A stretch of 64,000 nt of DNA from Hypanus sabinus (GCF_030144855.1 NC_082730.1:13454001-13518000), one strand, 5' to 3'; positions 34,170 to 47,143 are shown, counted from the stretch's first letter. Numbers and translations are program-made. The notes: generated by a model from the letters alone, not told the origin.

Positions 34170-35040
34170 GTGGTTCAGTGAGGGAGCCACCATCTCCTCA
34201 GTGGCAACGTGAGATGGCAGATAGATTCTGGCACTTAGCCCTGCAAGCGTAAGTGCTACACCTGTCTCCGCACCTCCCCTCTTACCACCATTCAGGGCCC
34301 AAAACAGTCCTTCCAGGTGAGGCAACACTTCACTTGTGAGTCTGTTAGGGTCATCTATTGCATCCGGTGCTCCCGGTGCAGCCTCCTCTACATCGGCGAG
34401 ACCCGACGCAGATTGGGGGACTGCTTTGTCGAGCATCTCCACTCCGTCCGCAACAACAGGCAGGATCTCCCGGTTGCCACGCACTTCAACTCTGCTTCAC
34501 GTTCCCATTCGGATATGACCATACATGGCCTCCTCTACTGCCATGATGAGGCCAAACTCAGGTTGGAGGAGCAACACCTCATATACCGTCCAGGTAGTCT
34601 CCAGCCTCTTGGCATGAACATTGATTTCTCCAACTTCCGGTAATTCCCTCCCTCTCCCTTTTCTCATCCCAGTTTCACTCTGCCTCTTCCTCCAGCTGCC
34701 TATCACCTCTCTCATGATTCTGTCTTCTTCTACTACCTATAGTGCTTTCCCCTTACATTCCTTCTTCACCTTTCCTGCCTTTCCCCTCCCTGCTTCCCCT
34801 CCCCCACCCCTTGATCTACCCTCCGATTGGTTTTTCACCAGGCACATTCCACCAGCCTTCTCCTTCCCACCCTCCCCCCACCTTCTTTATAGGGCCCCTG
34901 CCCCCTCCTTCTTCAGTCCGGGTCTCGGCCCGAAACGTTGACTGCTGGTTTCCACGGATGATGCCGGACCTGCTGAGTTCCTCCAGTGTGTTGTATGTGT
35001 TGCTTTGACCACAGCATCTGCAGAGTACATTGTGTTTACT
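34170..35040 (+). mobile_element. Penelope-like element 3' part: intact GIY-YIG endonuclease frame plus tail
   Basis: ORF 34317-34643 VIYCIRCSRCSLLYIGETRRRLGDCFVEH..PVATHFN..EEQHLIY..GMN; pyrimidine-rich tail; hammerhead core deleted at 34913-34945. Confidence 0.88.
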
Positions 35041-36399
35041 TATAAACAGTGGGGCAGCCTTAGGGCTTAGATGTGATAGAATTTAAATGCCTTCAGGAAA
35101 ATTCTCAAGCAATATATAGAATGCTATGGAGAAGGCAAAGTTTGATCTACTCTTTGGACCAGAAACCATTGGGGTATGGCATATTCTGTGGTATTAAATA
35201 GGAACTTGGCTAAGTTGACTGTGACACAGAAATAGCTTGTTGGTGGGAAGGGAAGCATGAGGGTTTATGGTTGTTTATTGCGTTAGAGGCCTTGACTAGC
35301 ATTGTGCCTCAAGTGCTGGCGCGAGGCGGATTGTAATTTGTCACGGTATCAGGAAAAGGGACATCTGCAGGTGATTATTTGTACAGCAATATAGAAGATT
35401 TTTCTTTCATAATTGATAAAAATAAAGCAACCAGTCAAGTTTCTAGTGAATAAAAAATTCTCTCTGAGAAACTGTTTAGACTGCCATCAATTCAATCCTT
35501 TCTAACTCATGTTCACTAATGCTTATTTTTTTGCCTGCTGGTGACTTTAGACATTTATTCTTAGTTTTACTCCACCTCCTGACTCAGATATTGGTATCTG
35601 TCCCAATCTTTGATCAGTTCTTTAGCACACAAGTTTTACTCTCTGCTCTACCTACCCTATCAACAACCTTTCTTTGTCTTCTGTCCATCCACACCACTCT
35701 TCTCCTGCCATCTTCTTCTTGGGCCCGTCGCCCCTACTGGGGTAGAGACCATGGATAGAAGCTCAGCAGAGTCCACTGTCCTGGGCCTGTCTTCCATGTT
35801 TTCCCATCTTCTTGGTGTATCAGGGATGAGATCTTTAGAGCTTCTGTTGCTCTTTCTGTAGCTCTGTGTTTTCACTGGATTTTTTTTTTCTTTTCTTTAA
35901 TTTATTTAGTGATATAGCACAGAGCAGGCCCTTCCAGCCCTTTGAGTCATGTAGCCCAGATACTCGCCTATTTAACCCTAGCCTAATTACAAGACAATTT
36001 ACAATTAACTTACTAACTGGTACATGTTTGGATTACAGGAAACCGGAGCATCCGGAGGAAAGTCACAGTAAGGAAGTAGAAACTTTCTTACTGAGAACAC
36101 TGGAATTGAACTCCAAACCCCAAGCCCCCTGCTTAAATAGTGTAGTGTTAACCATCACACCACTGTGGATTGCTAGCCTCTTGCCGAACTCTTCTCCTGT
36201 TGCATCTGGGCTTGGGGCTGTCCATTTGTGGAGTCTTACCCCTTACCTGCAAATTCACAAATGTTTGACCTCAAATGTTTCCATTACCAATGGAAGAGTA
36301 TCTAGCTGAATCATTAGCTCTGTTCTCCTTGCCATTGATTTTAGTTAACCTGCTGTACATACCTAGGGATGAGACATGAGTCGTGGTCAGTGAAAGGGA

Positions 36400-36472
36400 G
36401 GAAATCCACAGGGTGGGATTTTCAAAACTTGAGAATGTGATGACAAATTGTAAACGTACCTTCAAGAGATAT
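36400..36472 (-). pseudogene. Relic 3' end and donor region of a further Ig exon
   Basis: gattttcaaaacttgagaatg..aaattgtaaacgtaccttca matches the donor region of the Ig exons (for example 39911-39957); the rest of the exon is absent. Confidence 0.65.
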
Positions 36473-37124
36473 CTGCACATCTATTGATTTTCTTTTCTTT
36501 TCTATTAGTAATTTCAGCTCCTGGTCTTCTATTGACCACCCATCTATCTGCTTCTCTGCATTGTAACTCTTGCATTGCCTCAAAATATTGGCAGTTCAGA
36601 TTGACCTGAAATATTAATGGTTGTTTTCTCCCCACAGGTGCTGCCCAACCTGCTGAGTATTTCCCACATGATCCACTTTATGTTATACTTTCTGTGTGGC
36701 TCAGTCCAAAGACCAGATCTCCCTTCGTGTCTGGGAATTTATTACTGGAATTGGCAGAGCTGGACTAAATTGAAGCAATGTGTGAGAGGTGAGGGTGAGC
36801 AAGGGGACTGGTGTGTAGCTTGTCCCTCTCCTCCTGCTCCAGTGAGAGTCGGCTTAACACCTGATCTCAGAGCAACTGTCCTTGTGGAAGTGACCCATCA
36901 GCAGGAGAACAACTGGCCATTGAGACCTTCCCATTGGTTCAGGGTTTGACGGTGCATTCACACCCTTCCAGGAGCTTGGGGCACTTGGTGTGTCCCCATA
37001 GGCTGGGATCCCCAGTAAATGAGGACTCAGTCCTTTGATGCCCAGGGTCAGTTGTCAGTGCAAGGAGGGAATTCCTTAGCTACGATTTTTAAACTTGGGA
37101 ATGAAAGAGAAATTATTAACATAC

Positions 37125-37448
37125 CTTCAGACACCTCAAGTGAAATAGTAAACCTTTCATTTGGTATCAACATTGCCCTTTCTATCATACACTGGTACAG
37201 TCCTTCATCACTCTTCATTAGATTGTCCATGGTTACTGAAAGTATCCCTCGTGTTTTGTTATCAGCCATTGTTGTTCGTCCACTTCGTGGCTGGTCAGTC
37301 GAAACCACAGCAGAACAACCAACATAAGCATCACCTCTACACCATTTCTTCATGTAGTCCTTGTATCTCAGATCATACCGACATTCCATAGTGACCGATT
37401 GTCCCACTGCTCCTCTAACCTTCTCAGGTCCAGTTAGTGCACCTGAGG
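37125..37448 (-). CDS. Gene B V-set Ig domain 2
   Basis: 324 nt, cccacag|..GAAG|gtatgt; VTMECRY..KKWCRGDAYVGC..NKT..SDEGLYQC; about 75% aa identical to domain 3. Confidence 0.92.
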
Positions 37449-39951
37449 CTGTGGGTACATGAATAATGAAAGGTTATCCACACATCATCAGCATAAAGTG
37501 CACTTAGCAATATAAATTCATCATGTCTACTAGAACATAGAACAGCACAGCACATGAAAAGGCCATTTGGCCCATCGTGTCATGCCAAGCCAGCTAAAAA
37601 GCAAATCAAAAATACCCAAACCCTCATCCATCTACCTACAACATGTCCATATCTCTGAATTGCCCTGGCTATCTAAAAGTCTCTTATTTGCTTCTATCAT
37701 CATACCAGGCAGCAAATTCCAGGCATCCACAATTCTCTGAGTAAAAAACTTACCCCTCACACCCCCCCTTGGGCCTACTGTCTGAGAGCTTCGTGATTTT
37801 GTAGAGATCATGTTCTACTTTAATATTTTATCCTTGGAGTTAATGTTTCTTTGAGATTGTCTCTCAATGTTCAGTGAATGCAGAGCCGCTCATGCTAATA
37901 TGCCTAAGCTTTGTGTTTGGTGTTTTTTGTTCGGGTTGTGAATTCTGCCAAAATGATCGCTACAGTGGTTCAGGAAAGAAGCCATCATCTTCTCGGGGCA
38001 ATGAGAGATAGCAATAAATTCTGGCCTTCCCATTGATGCCCAGGTTCTAATGAAGTTACAAGGGGTCCAGTGAGGCTTTATGGGTGAAACTGGGAAATAA
38101 GGATGGGTTAACACATACAAAACACTGGAGGAACTCAGCAGGTCAGGCAGCATCTATGGGAATGAATGAACAGTCAACGTTTCAGCCCGAAACCCTACTT
38201 TGGAACTGTAATGTAAGGGGGAAGACACTAGAATGAAAAGATGTGGGGAGGAGAAGGAGACAAGCTAGAAGGTGAAGCCAGGTGTGTGGGAAAGCTGAAG
38301 GGCTGCAGAAGAAGTAATCTGATAGGAAAGTAGAAGAAACCATGGAATAAAAGGAAGAAGGATGGGCACCAGGTGACAGGCAAGTGAGGAGAAGAGATAA
38401 GAGGCCAGAGTAGAGAATAGAGGAAGAGGGAGAAAGAGGGCAATAAAAATGATCAGAAAGAGAAATTGATGATCATACCATCTGGTTGGGGTCTACCTGG
38501 ATGGAATATAAGGTGTTCCACCCCGGGAGTGGCCTCATCATGGCAAAAGGGAAGGCCAGGGACCAACGTGTTAAAATGGGAGTGGGGATAGGAATTAAGA
38601 TGGCTGCCTTCTAGGAAATTTGGCTTTTGTGGATGTGCTTGACAAAGCAGTACACCAAGTTACACCCGGAAGGAGCGTCTGGGGTCTGAATGGAGTCCGG
38701 GAGGAGTTGACTGAACATGTGTAGCATTTCTGTCATTTGCACAGATATGTGCCTGGAGGTGGATTAATGGGGAAGGGATTTATAGACAAAGGGATCATAA
38801 AGGGAGCAATCACTGCAGAAGCTGGGAGTGAGGGATGATTATAAGACCATAAGATTATGGCATGTTTGTTGGTAGAACCCTGCTAAAGATGGCAGAAATT
38901 AGGGAGAATGATATCTTGGAATCAAGGGGTGAGTGTAGATGTCCAGGAAATGAAAGTGATCCAGTAAGAGCAGCATCAATGGTGGTGGTGGATAAGAATT
39001 ACCAAAGTTGATGAGGTTAGTGATGGTATTAGAGACAAGCTTCTGATGGGAATGATCACTTTATTCGGATAGTACCGTAAGCTGTCTCACCACACCTTGT
39101 ACAATTGTAAATTAACTCCCCCGGCTCCTGCATTCCACATCTTGACTGATGAAGGCCAATATGCCAAACTTCTTCACCATCCTCTTTACCTGTGTCGCTG
39201 CTTTCAGCAAAATGTGTCATTTTACTCTTAGGTTTGACCATTCTTGAATTTTATTTCATTTATAACCAATTCCAGCCTTTCTAACCTCTGCACATCTATT
39301 GATTTTCTTTTCTGTTGGTAATTTCAGCTGTTGGTTTTCTCACCAGCCACCCCACCTTTCTCCTTCTCTGCATCGTAACTCTTGCATTTCCTCTAAGTAT
39401 CGGATTGATCTAGAACATTAAGATTGTTCTCTGCCCACAGATGCTGCCTGGCCTGCTGAGTATATCCCCCATTATTCACTTTATTTTGTATTTTCTGTGT
39501 GGTTCAGTCCAAAGACCAGATCACCCATCTTATCTAGGAATTTATTGCTGGAATTGGCAGAGCTGGGTAGAGTTGAAGCAACGGAATCACCACAATGTGT
39601 GAATGGTGAGGGTGAGCTTTGATGGGCAGGGGAACAGATGACCTTCCACCTCTGTTCCAGTGAGAGTCAGTACAGTGATATTGAAGCAACTGTCTTTAGG
39701 GAAGTGGCCCATCAACAGCAGAACTTTCTGCTGTTGGGACCTTCTGATCAGTTTAGTGGTTGACAGTCTATTCATACCTTCCCAGAAGGTTGGGGCTCTT
39801 GGTGTGTCTCAATAGGCTGAGATCCTCATTAAATAGGGTTCCGATCCTTTGATCCCCTAGGATGAGGCACTAAGTCATGAAAAATCTGAGGGAGTAAATT
39901 CCCAGATTGGGATTTTCAAACTTTGGAATGAAAGGGAAATTGTCAACGTAC

Positions 39952-40275
39952 CTTCAGGAACCTCCAGTGAAATGGTAAACCTTTTATTCGGTATGTATAT
40001 TAGCCTTTCTATTACACACTGGTACAGCCCTTCATCACTCTTCTTTAGATTGCTCACAGTTAATGAAAGAATCAGTTGTGTTTTGTTATCAGCCATCAAT
40101 ACTCGTCCTCTTTGTGGCTGATCAGTTGAAACCACTGTGGAACAACCAATGGAAAGATCACCTCTGCACCACTTTTTCATGTAGTCCTTGTATATCTGAT
40201 CATACTGACATTCCACAGTGATCGATTGTCCCTCTGCTCCTCTAATCCTCTCAGGTCCAGTTAGTGCCCCTGAGC
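39952..40275 (-). CDS. Gene B V-set Ig domain 1
   Basis: 324 nt, cccacag|..GAAG|gtacgt; ITVECQY..KKWCRGDLSIGC..NKT..SDEGLYQC; open throughout. Confidence 0.92.
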
Positions 40276-40737
40276 CTGTGGGTCCATTAATAAAGAAAGA
40301 TTATCCACACATCAGCAGCACAAGGTATACAGAGCAAAGGAAACCAATCATGTATGCTGTTCGAAGAGCTTCATGATTTTGATGAGATCATGTCTCACTT
40401 AAATAGTTTATTCTTGATGTTAATCCCTATTTCATTGAGATTGTTCCTCAACGTTCAGTGAAATGGCTCACCCTAATAACTCTGAACTCTGTGTCTGTTC
40501 TTATTTTGAAAATGTTGTGAATTCTATGGCAATGATTACTGCAGTGGTTCAGAGAGGGAGTGATCACCTTCCTAGTGGCAACTAGGGATTGCATTAAATT
40601 CTGGCCTTTCCACCGATGACCACATTATTATAATGTTTCTGGGGGCCCAGTTGGCTTTACTGGTGATACTGGGAAATAAATAAGGGTTAACACATAAAAC
40701 ATGACAGGTCAGGCAGCGTTTAGGGAAATGAACAAAG

Positions 40738-40773
40738 AGTCAACGTTTCAGGTCAAAATCCTTCATCAGGACT
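40738..40773 (-). ncRNA. Minimal Penelope-type hammerhead ribozyme motif with intact core
   Basis: AGUC-CUGAUGA-AGG(AUUUUGA)CCU-GAAAC-GUU-GACU: stem I 4 bp, stem II 3 bp, palindromic AACGUU helix III. Confidence 0.55.
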
Positions 40774-41227
40774 GGAAAGGAAGGGGGAAGACAACAAAGT
40801 AAAATGATGGAGGGTGGGGAAAAAGGTAACTAGAAAGCGATAGGTGAAGCCAGATGTGTGAGAAATCTGAAGAACTGGAAAAGGAGGAATCTGATAGAAG
40901 AGGAGAGTGGAACACGGGAGAAAGGGAAGAAAAAGGAACACAAGGGATGGAGATAGGCTGGTGAGGAGAAGAGGCCAGAGTGGAGAATAGAAGAAAGGAG
41001 ATGAGGGAGGGCTGGAACATGGACTGTTCCATGTGACCAACAAAAAGCCAGACATAACTGGTGCCCATGCGGTTGCCTATGGCTACTCATTGAGTATGAA
41101 GAAAATGGGAGGAGCTGAAGAAGAAATTGGTGAGGGTGGGGACCAGTTCTGCTGGATGGAGGAGGGTGATGCTGGAGTAGAAATGATGGTGTCTTATTTT
41201 GAGGAAGATGCAGGGAGCTTTAAGAAT

Positions 41228-41420
41228 CGCTTCTACAGCATTTTTTCATGTAGTCCTTGTATCATACCAATCATACTTACAATTAACAGTGCAACATAAA
41301 CTACTGTTCAAAGAGTTTCATGATTTTGCAGAGATCATGTTCCAATTTAATATTTTATCCCTGGTGTTAGTCCTAATTTCTCTGATATTTTTCCTCAAGT
41401 TATAGTGAAAGCTGAATCAC
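41228..41420 (-). pseudogene. Relic Ig exon fragment plus conserved upstream intron block
   Basis: ttctacagcattttttcatgtagtccttgtatc matches the YKDYMKKWCR coding segment; the flanking gattttgcagagatcatgttcc block precedes the other Ig exons. Confidence 0.7.
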
Positions 41421-42356
41421 CCAGCTTGATGTTCCCCACCTGCCCCTATGCTGTTCTTGTGTACAGATTGTGAATTCTGAAGAAATAATCCCTGCCTGGG
41501 TTTAAAGTGGATGGAACTACCTCTTCCACAGGAAGATCCAGGATGGGTAATAAATAACAGCAATGTCACTGATACCCTGACAATGATGATAACATAAATT
41601 TAAAACTATAAGGCCACCATAAATAGGTGCAGAGCTAGGCCATCTAGCCTGCACTGCCATTTGATCATGGCTGAGTTATTTTCCCTGAGTTCTATTCTCC
41701 AGCTTTCTCCCCGTATCCTTTGATGCTCTTACCGATTAAGAACCTGTCGACCTCCACCAAATCCTTTCATAGACATGGGCCTAAAGTTATTCACAGGTTA
41801 GTGGCTGCATATTTTTTATTTATCTAGACCATCACAGTTAACAGTCAAACCAGTCTGCGGAGGTTCCTCATTATTCCGCTGTCCCCAGCTGCTACTGCAA
41901 GTTTGCCTATTTGTAACTGAGAGCTGTTTCCTCTCCTGTAATTGAATATCCAAGCTGGGAATTTTACAGAGGGACGGTTTCCATGGGTGATTTATCCCTG
42001 ACATATTCCCCAATAAAATTCTGTCGATCTACATCGGGAGGACTGCTGCATGTAGAAATATTGGTTCGACAGTGGTTTCTAGTGGTTGCTGTGGCTGTGT
42101 TGAAACCAGTGCCCACATGGCAAACAGTCCAGGTTATTCCTGGGATCTTGCTGTGCACCCATTTCACCTCTTGACCAGAATCCTGGATAATGCACAGCAG
42201 CAAATGGCATTATTCGTCAATGGTTCATCTTCAGCTCCACTACCCAGTGCATGTTCCGACATCAGCTGAACTTCCTGCATTTGTCAGTGTCACTCATTAG
42301 AAAACTGTACTTGTTAATATCTATAAGCATCATAACTTTTAAATATAATGGTTTAC

Positions 42357-42453
42357 CTGACACAAAACCGGTGAAGATGAGAACCAACTGAGCGATAGCT
42401 CCCGTTGTCCTGGGGTGTCCCTGGTGCTTGAATTCACCCAGCACCAGCTCCAT
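42357..42453 (-). CDS. Gene B leader (signal peptide) exon of CD300/pIgR/MDIR-like receptor
   Basis: 97 nt MELVLGEFKHQGHPRTTGAIAQLVLIFTGFVS-G|gtaaac. The seven joined exons give 1416 nt = 471 aa plus stop with no internal stop. Confidence 0.88.
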
Positions 42454-42588
42454 ACTTAGGTTGCCTTTGATCAGTTGGGTCTCGGTGTTGTTCTTGGGTT
42501 TCCCAGTTCTTTATTTAATTAGCACAAGAGGGGATCAATTCTGCTTTTGCCATGACGTATACACTGTTTTGCTAGCAACCTTTGTTGA

Positions 42589-42603
42589 CTCACTTCCTGA
42601 CTC
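42589..42603 (-). promoter_or_regulatory. Conserved ETS (PU.1-like) promoter motif, gene B
   Basis: ctcacttcctgactc 136 nt upstream of ATG. Confidence 0.65.
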
Positions 42604-42749
42604 GCCAACCAATCAATTGCAGACAATGCACCAGTTAGGACTGTGTCCAAATATATTCCATTCCCTGGAATTTGTTCAGCTTCAAGCATTCAGGCATCAT
42701 GGAAGGGAAGTCGAGAGAACGCACACCTGTCCTCATATAGGGCTTAGCA

Positions 42750-43260
42750 GTGGAAAGGGAGAGCAGCTTCACAAGTATCTAGGTGTCAACACCTCTGACT
42801 GGTTGCATCACTGTCTGGTATGGAGAGGACATTGCACGGGACTGGTAAAAGCTGAAGAATGTTCCAAACTCAGTCTGCACCATCATGACATCTGCCTTCC
42901 CTGCATCGACGATATCTTCCAAAGGCTATGCCTCAGAAAGGTGACCCTCATCATTAAGGACCCCCATCACCCAGAACGTGCCCACTTCTCATTGTTACTA
43001 TCAGGGAGTAGTTACTGGAGCCTCAAGATATACACTGAACACACTAGGAAAACTTTCTTCCCCTCCAACATCAGATTTCTGAACACACACTGAACCAACA
43101 TGTGAACACTACCTCACTAATTTGCTTTTTTTCACTACTTAATTTTCTTTTGACAAATTATTTTTTATTTTGAGGTACTGCACTGAACTGCTGCTGAAAA
43201 AGTATAGATTTCATGAGAGAGGTCAGCAATATCAAACCTGATTCTGATTTTCATTCTGAT
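42750..43260 (+). mobile_element. Rex1-like LINE 3' fragment
   Basis: tgcatcactgtctggtatgg..tcattaaggacccccatcacccag..ctgattctgatt tail; similar to 59980-60620. Confidence 0.75.
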
Positions 43261-43571
43261 TCAGATTCATTTTGCAGAATCTCAGCGTCATCTAGAGGAA
43301 GTTTTCTCGCTTGACTCACTCTGCATCCACCTTCCTAAGCATTCCCTTTCTGCGGGGCTGATCCACTGTAACTACAGTGTGTTTCTTTATCATGATGTGC
43401 AGCACCATCTCCTCCAGGCCTCTGATCTGGAAATGGATCTGTTATCAGGGCTCTGATATCCCTTCAGTTGACTGCTCCATTCAGTCCCGTCCCACATAGA
43501 TTGTCCCATTCCTTGCAGACTTGAAGTAATCTACAATTTGTTACCTGTGCCCCAGACTATACCATCTAAAC

Positions 43572-44849
43572 CAGGCATGGGCAAACTACGGCCAGGGGGC
43601 CATATGCTTTTTAATCCGGCCCGCAGAACTTGATGAAATTATATTAATAAACCTTGCTAACGTTTTTTCCCCGCAATTCTGGTGTTTTCCCAATAGATGA
43701 TGCACTCTATATACATTTGTGGCGACCCATTTCCTGGCATATCCGAACCGGCTCACAATTAGCCAGTGTTCCGGCTAAGGGAGATAGCCTGCGGGGATTT
43801 GCGAGCACAGAGCTTTGGAGCCTCTGCGCCATGGGGGGCAGGTTGAGGGAGGCTTAAAAGTGAGGCTGGGGATTTCGAATAAAGTTTTTTTCTTCGACTG
43901 TAGTTACCGACTCAGTGTCGTAATTTTAACGCTGCATGTAGCACATCGCTACACATTGACCTTTGTTGAGGTGCAGCGTATTACTCCACATTTGCGCTTT
44001 ACTCTTTGTTCGGCTCGACCTATTTGTGTGAACAGGCGTTCAGCGTCATGAACATCAACAAAGCCAGCCACAGATCCAAGTTAACTGACCAACACCTCAG
44101 ATCCATCCTGAGAATCGCCACAACAAAACTAAATCCAGACTTTGATGCGCTGGCTAAAAAGGGAGACCAACAACACTGTTCCCACTGAAATTAAAAATAA
44201 GTTTCTTCGTTGTGTTATGTAAAAAATGCATTTGAAAATATTTTTTTCAATAAGCCTTACATGTTACATGTCATTTCTGTTAAGTGATGGACATGAGTAG
44301 TGCGCAGGTGCACGTAAGTTCTCAAAATAAAAAATGCGCTCCAGATCAAATAACGCGCTCCGCATACTGGCGCGCTGTCACTGTTCTGTCCTTGTGCTGG
44401 TCGTTGTTGAGTTTTGACACGGGGACAATTGAATAAGAAGGAGCAGGACAAGTAGACCTGCATCTCCTACTGTTTTTGAAATAAAGACAGGCAGGAGGAA
44501 AGTGATGATGATAATATCTTGAAGGATAACAGAATTTTCAGTGCTTTAAAATAATAACTGTTACTATTAAAAAAAGCTGTATTTCATTCATTTAATTTTC
44601 AGTGTTTTAAAAGTCATTTCAATAAATAGCTAAATACCATGGGACTTCAAAGACAGATATTTTGTTGTAATGCATTTGTTCATTTTCAATTGAAATTAAA
44701 GCACATGTTTTCTACATATCCCAGGATATTTTATTTTCTCTTATGAGGTGTATTACCAAAACACTCCGTCCATCTGCTCCTGGTCCGGCCCCCCTGTCAA
44801 ATTTCAGAACCCTTTGTGGCCCACAAGTCAAAAAGTTTGCCCACCCCTG
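43572..44849 (+). mobile_element. Non-autonomous hAT (Charlie/SPIN-like) DNA transposon
   Basis: TIRs caggcatgggcaaact / agtttgcccacccctg; 8-bp TSD atctaaac/gtctaaac (7/8); retains the transposase C-terminal dimerisation segment FGSTYLCEQAFSVMNINK..RSKLTD (44006-44188). Confidence 0.92.
43718..43953 (+). mobile_element. 236-bp solo LTR nested in the hAT element
   Basis: Ends tgtggcga...tcgctaca (7/8 inverted), internal aataaa, perfect 4-bp TSD catt. Confidence 0.85.
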
Positions 44850-47070
44850 GTCTAAACACTACATTGTGACTTGTGACTGGACTTTGATTTATGTGACCAT
44901 ATTTCTCCATATCAGCTCAGTCCCAACGTACTTTCACAACACACACAAAATGCTGGTGGAACGCAGCTGGCCAGACAGCATCAATAGGAAGAAGTGCAGT
45001 CAACGTTTCGGGCCGAGACCCTTTGACAGGTCTGGTTGTAGCCTACTACATATTCTGCTGAGATACCAATGGTTCAGTTTTTATTGTACCTAAGTTTCCA
45101 CTCATGTACAAAGTCTTCCTCATTCTGCGTCTTCCTATATGGTAACCCGTTTTCATGAGGTTTGCCAACATTGTGTTCTCTGAATGATGGACACGAGATG
45201 AGAACGGCTCGTTGTGGGTTAATCTTGATAATGGCGAGGCTACAACCACCACATTTCTGAACAGAATCAATGGGTCAAAATGTCTCCGGAAGCTGTGGAC
45301 TTTGCGTGTGATAGGCGAATGAGGATCTGCTGGCTGGTCTCTCCTGAACTCTGGCGAATGTCATATGATATTGGTTAATTGTCACTGGAAAACATTGCAT
45401 GCCTTCCAGGCAGATGTCGCCATAGAAATGCATAAATGAAAGTATAGTGTGGAAAGTAAGATAACCTCATTAAACTCTGATACAGAACTTCACACCATAC
45501 AAAATGCAATATATGTTTTTTTATTTTTTGGATCTCTCTTTCAAAGATTCAAAGTAGATTCATTATCAAAGAATCTCACAGGTAGCCTCAAAACAAGGAA
45601 CCCAAAAGACCCCAATTAAAGAAAAAACATAAAAGACCAATGAATGATGTACAAGAGGAAGAGAAAAAAACTGAGAAATCGTGCAAACAGTTGGAGCTAA
45701 CAACATTCCAAACCAAACTGGATCCTCAGATCTGAATCCTGTAACAGCCCAGAGAAGATCCAAAGACTGGCTTATCAGTTTGTTATATTAGTGGGTTCGG
45801 AGCACAGCAACCAGGGCAGTCTTCATAGCTTCAGCACTAAGGAGAGCGGAGTGCCCACTGCACTACTCTTTAAATGTTGCACTAATCATTTCATTTCTTA
45901 TTATAACTTATTGTGTTTTTATGTTTCGCACTGTACTACTGCTGCAGAACACCATATTTCAGCACAAATGCCAGCAATATTAAAATCGATTCTGAAGTTC
46001 ATATTTGAATTGCTTTTACTGCTTCCTTTAATGGCAGAGGAAAATGTTTTCCAGTCTCCCAAGGTCAGCAAATCAGGCATGCTTCCTCCCTGTGTCCATC
46101 TCAAAACAGTAGTCGTGCAGTTGTGTGTGTTATTGAGAAATTATCAGCCCTGTTTTCACAGATCTATGCCAACCCCTTATACCATCCAGGAAGGAGTACT
46201 TAGAATTTCCCAATCCGCAGGACATCTTTAATTGACTGCATTGGAATGGCAGGTAGCTCCAGCAATAGACAGAGCCAACCCAGACTGCTTCCTGATGGCC
46301 TCGCCTGATATCGTTGGGGCTTTGGGCCCAGCATCCAAGGTATCTGTTTCCAGAATTTCATGGGATATTGTCCTGCCACTTTAGTGAAGTGGAGCTGACA
46401 TTGAACATGCTACGGGCTCTGGAGCATCGTCGGGGAAATACTGTGCCTATGTTGGTTCTTTAGCTGCAGCCTCCCAAATGTTCCTCCTGCTCATCTGGGT
46501 TAACAGGTGTGAAGTTATTCTCTGGAGCTGTAGCTATCCTGCGGATACAGAGATCTAACATACTAGTTTCACAGTGGAATTGACACGGTGCTGACAAAAT
46601 CCCTTTCAGCTTGAGATGATCCCTTACTAAATGGGGCACTTGGCATCTCTCAAATCTTTGAAATACATGGAAACTTCCAGCCGTGGACAATTCAACATCC
46701 ATGACTTTAACTCTTATTTCACTGTTGGCCATACCTCCTGTAGCCCAAATCCTATGCTCTGGCATTCCCTCTCTACTGCTCTCTAATTTTCCCTTCCATT
46801 CCCACTTTAAATACTCATTTAAATCTGATTGGTGAGGCCTTGGTCACCTGTGACTCAATGAGAAACAATGATGCTATTAAGGGCTTTTGGCCTTTACAAT
46901 CACATTGAAGGTGTTGGGGAAATGCAATAAATTTATTTTAACACAGCAGTAGCATTGGTTGTGCTGGGTTTTTCCCAGAATTGCATCCAGTAATAAAGGT
47001 AAATATTTCGGCATAAAGATATCAGATTGTGAGTTCAAATCAAAATGCTCCCGGTCATTTTGGGTGAATT

Positions 47071-47143
47071 TCATGAGGAATGGGTCCTGTTTTCCTGTTT
47101 TCTTTTCTTGTTTTGTTGTTCTTGTGCCTTCCCAGCAGAACAT
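47071..47143 (-). pseudogene. Gene A cytoplasmic/terminal exon
   Basis: ttttctgtttttctag|A; RCSAGKAQEQQNKKRKQENRTHSS*; AATAAA at 46932-46937. Confidence 0.65.

Noticed and set aside
41964-42203. Conserved intron-1 block with a similar reading frame in genes A and B (HSKIP..WTVCH..)
   Set aside because: The acceptor AG is not conserved in gene A and a CR1 insertion splits that copy; best explained as duplicated intron.
33567-42453. Calling gene B a true pIgR ortholog
   Set aside because: Domains look like recent local duplicates, the CDR1-like loop is CD300-type, and the tail lacks recognisable sorting signals; needs phylogeny and synteny.
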